Under the pieces are notes generated by a model. The model worked only from the letters and a program-made list of their open reading frames with translations. It did not search any database and was not told where the DNA came from. The translations under genes were made by a program, and so were the position numbers. Source: a virus (Duplodnaviria > Heunggongvirae > Uroviricota > Caudoviricetes). Taken from it: a stretch of DNA of 64,000 bases. The DNA lies in the IMG/VR virus record IMGVR_UViG_3300031993_004551, positions 1 through 64,000 of that record, one strand, 5' to 3'. Positions 54,524-62,119 of the stretch are shown here, one piece after another. Every line of letters starts with the position of its first letter. Position 1 is the first letter of the stretch.

Positions 54524-55930
54524 CTAGATAAGCACATGAAGTTCCCGCGCGGCACGGGTGAACGCCGTGTACTTCAGCTTGTTGCGCTCGATGATATCCT
54601 GGTTCTCGTTCATGTCACGCTCGACGACAAATACATTCTGCACCGTAGTACCCTGCGCCTTGTGGGTCGTCATTGCATAGATGTAGTCCACCCAAAGGTA
54701 GTAGTTCCGGAGCTCCTTGTACGGCTTCCACGCCTCGGAATGGGTATAGAGCTTCCCCTTTCCGTCATGACCCGGTTCCTTCTCGCGCTCCTTGCATTCT
54801 GCAGCCTTCTGGGTAAGGAGGATATTGTATGCCTCTACCGAAGTGCTCTTCAGGATGTACGCGTACATGGTCATCTGGTTCTTCGGAAGTGCGCGGAAAT
54901 TGTTCACCTTCACTTTCCAGCACTCGAGTCCATAAACCGGGTCTGACTGGTCCTCCACCTCGAGAATCTTGAGGCGTTCCTCCTTGTTGTACACCGGGAA
55001 GTACGAGTCAGACTTTCCCGGGGTCTTACGACGGAGGGCTATCGCGGTGCGCACTTCTTCCCCCTCGGCATATTCATCGGTAAGGTCCGGGTAAATCCTC
55101 TTACGGATGTACTTGTTCAGCATATCGACAGCGTTATTGCGCCAGCATACCGCCATGCAGTAGTCGGTATCCTTCTTGTATTCTTCCGAGAGGAACCTGT
55201 TCATCATCTCTTGGAGAAAAAGGCCGCGGTTGTCATAAAACCGTACCCCGGAACCGTCTTCAAGAATATCATTATCATAGTCGAATTGGTCCTCAGGCTT
55301 CGTCATGTCCTGGCGCATCCGAGTAACAAGCTTGACTATCGGGTTGTCGAGAGCGGTACGCATTACCTGCCTGAGTTCAACCCATATCACCAGCCCGAAT
55401 ACTGCAGACTCGGTGAATCCATATTTCTTATCCTGTACAGGAGGGAGCTGACAAGGGTCGCCAATATAGAGAATCTTTGGACGGCTATGCTCAAGGAGGT
55501 CCTGCTCGATTTCCGCGATAACCTGACGGGGAAGCATGGAGGCCTCGTCCACCACGATGAGGTCATAGTTCTTCAGCTTGGATTCCGACCCGGGTTCCCT
55601 AACAATCCGTTCGCCCTTGTCGTCGTCATCCTTCACGGTAAGCCCCACGAGAGAATAAATCGTACGGTCGTATTCGCGGCCAGTATTCCTCGCAATGACT
55701 TCCACCGCCTTGTTGGTCGTAGCTGTACAAATATAGTCGAAGAACTTGCCACGCTTCTTTGCCTGGTCAATCTCGGCAAGCAGCACATTGACGATTGAAG
55801 TCTTGCCGGTACCGGCGGCGCCGCGGAGAATCATCTCACGGTTGGGGCCCTCAATAAATGCCTTGATGTATTTCAGGGCCGCCTTCTGGTCATCGGTCAA
55901 CATCGCGGCAGTCAAGCGCTTCTGGCTCAT
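54524..55930 (-). CDS. SF1 helicase, Dda/RecD-like
   Basis: Walker A GAAGTGKTS. Walker B LIVVDEASM. GDPCQLPPV. C-terminal YAMTTHKAQGTT. Confidence 0.85.
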   Translation of the reverse strand: MSQKRLTAAMLTDDQKAALKYIKAFIEGPNREMILRGAAGTGKTSIVNVLLAEIDQAKKRGKFFDYICTATTNKAVEVIARNTGREYDRTIYSLVGLTVKDDDDKGERIVREPGSESKLKNYDLIVVDEASMLPRQVIAEIEQDLLEHSRPKILYIGDPCQLPPVQDKKYGFTESAVFGLVIWVELRQVMRTALDNPIVKLVTRMRQDMTKPEDQFDYDNDILEDGSGVRFYDNRGLFLQEMMNRFLSEEYKKDTDYCMAVCWRNNAVDMLNKYIRKRIYPDLTDEYAEGEEVRTAIALRRKTPGKSDSYFPVYNKEERLKILEVEDQSDPVYGLECWKVKVNNFRALPKNQMTMYAYILKSTSVEAYNILLTQKAAECKEREKEPGHDGKGKLYTHSEAWKPYKELRNYYLWVDYIYAMTTHKAQGTTVQNVFVVERDMNENQDIIERNKLKYTAFTRAARELHVLI

Positions 55931-56706
55931 AGACGGTCAGCCGCCTCCCTGAACCACTTGCACCCGTCATCCTTAAGGAAGCAGACACGGGACAGCTCGC
56001 CTTCCCCGTACATGTAGCCCTGGATGATGAACGGGGGATGGTCGACTCCAGACACGAGCCATACAATCCTGCGATAGATTCTGCCGGCGATATCCTCGTC
56101 TGCAAGCAAAGAGACCTTTACCTTGTGGCCGTTAAGAAGCTCGACTTCAGAAAACGGAGTATCCTTGTTGACAAACTGTTCCAAGTCAAATGCAGTGTAC
56201 AGGTGAACGATGCAGTTGTAGTCGTCGCAGCCGGTACGAATCTGCTTCTGACGCCAAACGAACTTCTCGCGGAGCTTCGGCAGCCTTGACACCAGTCGGT
56301 TGAGGATATCGACAAGCCGTCGGTTCAACTCCTCGCGGAATTCCTTCGCGGATTCCTTCCCGGTAATCCAGCAGAGCTTCTCCTCGCGAAGATGGACCGG
56401 CTTCCCGTTTTCTCCCGTGGTCCACCCGAGCGAACGGCGTGTCTTGAAAATGGGCTTCACCAATCCCGGATGAAAACCCGCCCCGCACCTAGCCATTTCC
56501 TCTTGATTGCCGCCCAGAATGAACTGGTCGGCAAGGAAAATGTTCCCTGCCGGTGCATTGAACACATAGCCAAGCACTACGCCGGTATCGGCATAGGTAA
56601 ATACATAATCGCCATCATTTTTCTTCGTGACGGTGATGAAGTGCTTTTCGAGGTACTTCTTGTCGATAAGCGTGTCGAATTCGATATCTCTTTCGTTTGC
56701 AGTCAT
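55927..56706 (-). CDS. hypothetical protein (260 aa)
   Basis: Start at ATG 56706 (MTANERD), 33 nt downstream of the promoter motif. 4-nt overlap with the helicase gene. Confidence 0.45.
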   Translation of the reverse strand: MTANERDIEFDTLIDKKYLEKHFITVTKKNDGDYVFTYADTGVVLGYVFNAPAGNIFLADQFILGGNQEEMARCGAGFHPGLVKPIFKTRRSLGWTTGENGKPVHLREEKLCWITGKESAKEFREELNRRLVDILNRLVSRLPKLREKFVWRQKQIRTGCDDYNCIVHLYTAFDLEQFVNKDTPFSEVELLNGHKVKVSLLADEDIAGRIYRRIVWLVSGVDHPPFIIQGYMYGEGELSRVCFLKDDGCKWFREAADRL

Positions 56707-56739
56707 ATTTAACTTCCATTGGTGGGCCAATATTCTATT

Positions 56740-56755
56740 CAAATATAGCAAAAAA
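56740..56755 (-). promoter_or_regulatory. promoter motif (minus-oriented)
   Basis: CAAATATAGCAAAAAA. Confidence 0.5.
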
Positions 56756-56783
56756 TCATAAACTCCAGATAACGAGGTACAAA

Positions 56784-57578
56784 ATGTTCAAGCCGATTTT
56801 AAATGCACGACAGAAGCAGTTCATCCACAGCGTCGTTTCGAGGGATAACGGTGAAAACCGCCCCATTCTCGAAGCAATCGTAAAGTCCTACATCCTCAAC
56901 GAGGGACTGTTCCGCTCGGCGAAGATGCTCGCCTCCAATTTCCGGTCCGCACCGAAGCAGGCCGAACCCCCGAAGTGCCCCGAGCCAGACCCGAAGACAC
57001 TCCCGGACTACGCATCGCTCAGCCGTGCGATAATGTTCGAGAAGGACTGCTGGGAGAGGGACCTCCGCAAGTTCTACGAGAACTGCGAGCTCATCAAGTA
57101 CTACCTCTCCACCTACGGAATCCGGGACTTCAACCAGATAGTCCACTCGGAAGCGTTCAAGAACGCCCTGCGGATGGGTCAGCAGCTTGACAAGATGCGC
57201 ATCAACCCGTTAAAGCGGGACGAGGGTCGGCGCCAGAACATGCACGAGTGCCTCAATATGCTGAACCGCGGCGAGGACCGGGTGCTAATCGAGGGAATCC
57301 TGCTTGACTTCGACGACAGTGAACGGGTAGAAGTCGGGCTCCCGCCAGTCATGGAATCCCGTGAGGACAACCTCGGCCCGTTCAAGGAAGCGATGGCCGG
57401 CATAGCCAATTTCATGCGGCGCCACGGTAGCTACCCGTGGGAACAGTTCCTGAAGGAAAACCGGATGCTTCTCGCCCGTGCAAACCGATTCGACGAACCG
57501 ATAAAACCGGACCACTCGAATGCGAAGTCACCGAACAGCGACTTCCGCTACTCGTTAAACTTGAAGGCAACCGCCTAG
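56784..57578 (+). CDS. hypothetical protein (265 aa)
   Basis: ORF from ATG 56784 (MFKPILN). The track start at 56697 would overlap the divergent promoter. Confidence 0.45.
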   Translation: MFKPILNARQKQFIHSVVSRDNGENRPILEAIVKSYILNEGLFRSAKMLASNFRSAPKQAEPPKCPEPDPKTLPDYASLSRAIMFEKDCWERDLRKFYENCELIKYYLSTYGIRDFNQIVHSEAFKNALRMGQQLDKMRINPLKRDEGRRQNMHECLNMLNRGEDRVLIEGILLDFDDSERVEVGLPPVMESREDNLGPFKEAMAGIANFMRRHGSYPWEQFLKENRMLLARANRFDEPIKPDHSNAKSPNSDFRYSLNLKATA

Positions 57579-58141
57579 ATAATATCATTTTCGATTGAAT
57601 TTATTATGCCGAGGGAGATGGCTTCCTCGGCATTCAAGTATACATCGCCGGACATCATCTTGTCGCATTCGGTATCGGATACTCCGACATTCTTGAGTAT
57701 GCGCTTGAACATCCCGTTGAACATCTCGAGCTCCTCATACATTTCCTTAAGTTCTTTCGGTGTAAGGGTCTTGCTTTCATCACCCTCCTCGTAGCGGCCC
57801 GGATGGAACATCATTCTTGAATGGGAGTACATCGTACGAGTGTCCCCGATGCATGTAATCAGTGCGGCCATAGAATAAGCTTTTCCGGATACTACCGTGT
57901 GGATATGACAATTCTTCGTCTTAGCTATGGTAAGAGCATCTATGATGCGGAGTCCCTCCTCTATATCCCCACCGTCACTAGAAATAATAACGGTGATGTT
58001 GCCCGGGACTTTAGCGACTCTGTGCAATGAGAGAACGAACTTCTCCGAGGAATCCTCGTCGATTTCCCCCGTAATCCTTATTATTCTTTCCGCCTCTTCG
58101 TCCCGGGCAATATCAACATCGTCAAAATCGTCGTCGCACAT
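57575..58141 (-). CDS. clpP: ClpP-family serine protease (likely prohead/scaffold protease)
   Basis: ISSDGGDIEEGLRIIDAL...GKAYSMAALI (Ser)...RMMFHPG (His) align with the ClpP catalytic core. Confidence 0.78.
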   Translation of the reverse strand: MCDDDFDDVDIARDEEAERIIRITGEIDEDSSEKFVLSLHRVAKVPGNITVIISSDGGDIEEGLRIIDALTIAKTKNCHIHTVVSGKAYSMAALITCIGDTRTMYSHSRMMFHPGRYEEGDESKTLTPKELKEMYEELEMFNGMFKRILKNVGVSDTECDKMMSGDVYLNAEEAISLGIINSIENDII

Positions 58142-58299
58142 ACCTGAAGATTATATGACTTAGCATGCCGGGTGTGCACTTTTCATTGTTGATATCCTGT
58201 TGATAAAATGTTATTATCTTGGTTATAGTGTTGATAGATTTTCAAAAGCGTCATTTCCGTATTAAAAACGCTATTTCCAACTTGGAATATTCCAATATA

Positions 58300-58750
58300 T
58301 GTAAATGGACGCATTTTATACAAAAAATATCAAAAGTATAGCCAAAATAGCTAAATAGATGCTAGATTTGAATATAGCAAGCACCAATAATCAATATTTG
58401 TGTGTTGCATTTAGCAACATATATGTATTCATAAGGAATGCTCGCATCAACGGCCCATAGATGTATAATCTAAAAGTGAATCTTGAACTCTTTGCTCTGG
58501 ATAACACTTTTCGTTGATTAGACTCAGTGAAGCATAATAATATGCTGAACTATGTTAAAAAGACCATGACACCCTGAGATATTTGGCCAAGTCTCTCGCC
58601 CTGTCGAACGATATTAAACAACCCAGATGGGTAAGGGTAGTGTATCGTTCATAAAAATCTTTTTAACCTTGTCGATGGTCACCCACAGGGATTAATCCCT
58701 GCATTACCTATTAAATTAGGTATAAAAGGATAGCGAAATGGTTTATGTGT
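58300..58750 (+). ncRNA. putative IscB omega-RNA (upstream of and overlapping the iscB 5' end)
   Basis: IscB omega-RNAs are established to lie directly 5' of iscB. Hairpins GTTGCATTTAGCAAC and CAGGGATTAATCCCTG are seen. Exact boundaries unknown. Confidence 0.4.
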
Positions 58751-60021
58751 TGAACAAGTCGGGAACCCCACTAATGCCAACTAGACGGTATGGTAAGGTT
58801 CGCCGTCTTATCAAAACCGGATTAGCTATTGTAATTCAGCACCAACCGTTCACTATCAAATTATTATATGATACTCTTAACAAAGTACAATTTGTTAATC
58901 TAGGTGTTGATGCGGGAAGTAAACATGTTGGCTTTTCGGCATCTACAACACAAACAGTATTGTTTGAAGCTCAACTAGATTTACGAACCGACATCACTAA
59001 AAAAATAGCAACTCGCAAACAATATCGTATTGGACGACGCTACCACAAAACACGGTATCGAGAAGCTAGATTTAATAATCGTATCAAATCAAAACGACAT
59101 AATTGGGTAGCGCCATCAATTAAAAATAAAATCGATAGCCATATATATTGGATTACTCGAATATGTTCTTTTTTACCAATTAAAAAAATAATAATTGAAG
59201 TAGGACAATTTGATACTCAATTATTAAAAGCAAATGATAATAATGAACTTGCTCCCAGGGGACGTGACTATCAAACTGGTGTGCAACTCGCCTTTTGGAA
59301 TACACGCGAATATATATTATACCGCGACAATCACACTTGTCAATGTTGCAAAGGGAAAAGTGGCGATTCGATACTGAACATTCATCACATTGAAAGCCGC
59401 AAGATTGGCGGAAATCGACCAGATAATTTAATTACCTTATGTAAAACATGCCATCGCAACTATCACGCTGGTATTTTAAAATTACCTAGTCGAATAAAAC
59501 GACCCAAATCATATCGGGATGCCGCTACAATGAATATGTTTCGAAACCACATGTATAAACAATTAAAACAAATGCTTGAACCAATTATTCAAGTAAATGT
59601 AACATATGGATATATCACTAAGCATTGCCGCATTAAGTATAACCTACCTAAAACACATATAATAGATGCTAGATGCATTAGCGAACACCCATTAGCTAAA
59701 CCGAGTTCAACATATTGGCGTATCAAAAAACGAAGAAACCATAATAGACAATTGCACAAATCTACCATTCTTAAAGGTGGGTTAAGAAAAAATAATCAAG
59801 CACCATATGAAGTATTTGGATTTCGATTATTTGACGCTGTTAAATATCACCAAATGACTTGTTTTGTAACGGGACGCCGTTTAACCGGGTTATTTGCAAT
59901 AAACAATATTGATAAAACTATACGGGACAATTCAATTAGTTATAAAAAATTATCTCATATGTATCACACTAATTCTAACCTAATGGAGGAAATGATGTAT
60001 CATTCATCTAATACCAACTAA
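58738..60021 (+). CDS. iscB: IscB (OMEGA RNA-guided nuclease: PLMP-RuvC-bridge helix-HNH-RuvC)
   Basis: N-terminal GTPLMPT (PLMP domain). RuvC-I LGVDAGSKHVGFS. Arg-rich bridge helix RKQYRIGRRYHKTRYREARFNNRIKSKRHNW. RuvC-II IIIEVGQFD. HNH CQCCKG...NIHHIESRKIGGNRPDNLITLCKTCH. RuvC-III THIIDARCIS. Confidence 0.85.
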   Translation: MVYVLNKSGTPLMPTRRYGKVRRLIKTGLAIVIQHQPFTIKLLYDTLNKVQFVNLGVDAGSKHVGFSASTTQTVLFEAQLDLRTDITKKIATRKQYRIGRRYHKTRYREARFNNRIKSKRHNWVAPSIKNKIDSHIYWITRICSFLPIKKIIIEVGQFDTQLLKANDNNELAPRGRDYQTGVQLAFWNTREYILYRDNHTCQCCKGKSGDSILNIHHIESRKIGGNRPDNLITLCKTCHRNYHAGILKLPSRIKRPKSYRDAATMNMFRNHMYKQLKQMLEPIIQVNVTYGYITKHCRIKYNLPKTHIIDARCISEHPLAKPSSTYWRIKKRRNHNRQLHKSTILKGGLRKNNQAPYEVFGFRLFDAVKYHQMTCFVTGRRLTGLFAINNIDKTIRDNSISYKKLSHMYHTNSNLMEEMMYHSSNTN

Positions 60022-60024
60022 TGA

Positions 60025-61152
60025 GTGTATACATCATATATTTACATTATGAACCCTGTCATTTCATACTCAGATGAACACTATCACGGGTACCGCGGGT
60101 CCGAAATCATCCGGACCAAGCACGGTGAACCAATCTACGCCAAGACAGAAGGGCAGCAGCGCCTCGTCGAAGCAATCGCCAATAACGACATCATCTTCGT
60201 GAACGGTCCTTCGGGCACCGGCAAGACCGCCATATCCACCTGGCTAGGCATCGCCGGAATCGACAGGGGCATTTACAAGCATCTCGTCCTGACCCGCCCG
60301 GTGGTTACCTCGGGCGAAGAAATCGGGTTCCTCCCGGGTACGATGGATGAAAAGGTGGCTCCCTACATGGAGCCCCTGTATTCCGCCATCAGCCTCATCA
60401 AGGGTAGGCGCGACGAGAGGCCGGTAGAATCCAAGGAGCAGCTCCCGGTCGATTTGTCCACCAAGGAGAAACGCAAGAAGCGCGCCGAAAAGAAAGTGGA
60501 AGCAGTCGAAGAGCACAAGTCATTCTACGATATCGTACAGGTTTGCCCGCTCGCGTTCATCCGCGGCTCCACGCTCGCCAGTTCATTCATTGTCTGCGAC
60601 GAATTTCAGAACACGACCATCGCGCAGATGAAGACGATGCTCACCCGCATCGGCCGCGGCTCCAAGATGGTAATCTGCGGGGACAGCAAGCAGTGCGACC
60701 TCCCGGAAAATGTAGAATCCGGATTCACCCACGCGATGAAGCTCCTCAAGGGCCTCAAGCGCGTAGCCTTCGTGGAACTGGGCATCGACGACATCGTTCG
60801 TCACGGGCTCATCAAGAACATCATCCTTCGCTACGAGCGCCCCGAGGAAGCCAAGAATCTCTCCGAGGAGGAAGCCGCCATGGACTATGTGAAGAAGACA
60901 CACACGCCTGGCTGGATGAAGGAAGATGACGGAATCGACTTCTCCAAGGATGATATCGAAGACCAAGACGAAAACACCCACGACATCGACCCGGTGGAAC
61001 CCAAGGAAGAAAGCAGCGAGCCGTCCGGTTTCGAGCCGTTCGACGAGCAGGAGCTCATCAACCGAGAAAACGAGAAGTACGCCGCCGAATACCAGGAGCA
61101 AATGGAAGCTCGCCGCGGGCCTCACCACGGGAACTGGCGAAGGACCCGATAG
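60025..61152 (+). CDS. phoH: PhoH-like ATPase with internal Lys-rich insertion and acidic C-terminal tail
   Basis: Walker A GPSGTGKTA. LTRPVVTSGEEIGFLPG. CPLAFIRGSTL. VCDEFQNTT. ICGDSKQCDL. Confidence 0.88.
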   Translation: MYTSYIYIMNPVISYSDEHYHGYRGSEIIRTKHGEPIYAKTEGQQRLVEAIANNDIIFVNGPSGTGKTAISTWLGIAGIDRGIYKHLVLTRPVVTSGEEIGFLPGTMDEKVAPYMEPLYSAISLIKGRRDERPVESKEQLPVDLSTKEKRKKRAEKKVEAVEEHKSFYDIVQVCPLAFIRGSTLASSFIVCDEFQNTTIAQMKTMLTRIGRGSKMVICGDSKQCDLPENVESGFTHAMKLLKGLKRVAFVELGIDDIVRHGLIKNIILRYERPEEAKNLSEEEAAMDYVKKTHTPGWMKEDDGIDFSKDDIEDQDENTHDIDPVEPKEESSEPSGFEPFDEQELINRENEKYAAEYQEQMEARRGPHHGNWRRTR

Positions 61153-61174
61153 CCTTCCAAAATGAAAAATAAGT

Positions 61175-61207
61175 GCCTCCGGGTAAATGCCCGGAGGCAT
61201 CTTTTGT
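61175..61207 (+). terminator. intrinsic terminator after phoH
   Basis: GCCTCCGGG-TAAATG-CCCGGAGGC is a perfect 9-bp stem, followed by ATCTTTT. Confidence 0.6.
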
Positions 61208-61245
61208 ATAAACTTCGAAACATTAAGCAACGAGGAAATTCCACT

Positions 61246-61824
61246 ATGCTCTTGGAAACTCTCACTCCGCACATCCAGACGGCGACATCGTTCCTTATCG
61301 CGGTATCCGGGCTGCTAGCAATACTTGGTGCCTTTTTCAAGCCAGTACGAAGCTGGATATCAAGACGGTTTGCCGACAGTGAAGAACGCAAGAAGGAAAA
61401 GGAAGAACACCAGAAGGAAATCCTAGCCATCAAGGCAGCAATCGAAAAGACGAACTTGCGGCTGGACGAATACAAGGATATACTGGGCAAGGACCGCGAA
61501 GAACAGAAGCTCCTCAAGGAGGCGCTCGTGGGAATGCTCCGGGACAGGCTGACAACGATATACAACCAGGCGGAAACCCGGGGGTATATCGACACTACCT
61601 ACCGAGCAAACTTCATAGAGATGTACGACATCTACCGCTCGCTAGGCGGGAACCACTATGTGCACGACCTGTATGAAAAAATTAAGACGATGCCCGGGAA
61701 ACCCCCGAGGACAACCAAGAAGAAAGTGGTATTCTGGTCAGCCGATACCGAAAGAACCGTCGAGGAGCCAAGCGTGGTTCGCCGGCCGAGGACGACAAGG
61801 ACAAGAGCATATACGAGGATTTGA
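61246..61824 (+). CDS. hypothetical membrane-anchored coiled-coil protein
   Basis: Start at the internal ATG (MLLETL). TM segment SFLIAVSGLLAILGAFF. Lys/Glu-rich coiled-coil segment. Confidence 0.4.
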   Translation: MLLETLTPHIQTATSFLIAVSGLLAILGAFFKPVRSWISRRFADSEERKKEKEEHQKEILAIKAAIEKTNLRLDEYKDILGKDREEQKLLKEALVGMLRDRLTTIYNQAETRGYIDTTYRANFIEMYDIYRSLGGNHYVHDLYEKIKTMPGKPPRTTKKKVVFWSADTERTVEEPSVVRRPRTTRTRAYTRI

Positions 61825-61825
61825 C

Positions 61826-62119
61826 ATGAAAAAGACTTTATTTGACCGGGTTACCCCGATTTACAGGAGCGTGGTGATTCCCCAGTCACACTGGATGGCC
61901 GTAAGGCACCCGTACTTCATCCCGATTCAGCCCCCGCCGCCCCCGGGATGTTGCTGCCCGGTTCACGGGAGGCCAATCCTGAGGCCGACAAAGTACGGCC
62001 CGGAATGCATACTGAACCAGGCCAATATACCCTGCTGCATGGTGAGCGAAAAGCCGAGGTTCCCTGTAGCCAACCCGGCGGTACCCGACCCGATGATTCC
62101 GGAAGACCGAATGTACTAA
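61826..62119 (+). CDS. small Cys/Pro-rich protein (97 aa)
   Basis: ATG at 61826 (MKKTLFD). PPPPPGCCCP motif. Confidence 0.35.
   Translation: MKKTLFDRVTPIYRSVVIPQSHWMAVRHPYFIPIQPPPPPGCCCPVHGRPILRPTKYGPECILNQANIPCCMVSEKPRFPVANPAVPDPMIPEDRMY

Larger units (their letters stand above)
58142..60021 (+). mobile_element. IscB element (omega-RNA region + iscB), AT-rich relative to flanks
   Basis: About 600-bp AT-rich noncoding stretch with hairpins and direct repeats, followed by iscB. iscB codon usage is strongly A/T-biased, unlike the GC-rich flanking genes. Confidence 0.55.

Noticed and set aside
58738-60021. Cas9 or a CRISPR-associated nuclease.
   Set aside because: At 427 aa it has no REC lobe. 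It has the N-terminal PLMP motif diagnostic of IscB. No repeat-spacer array occurs anywhere in the window.
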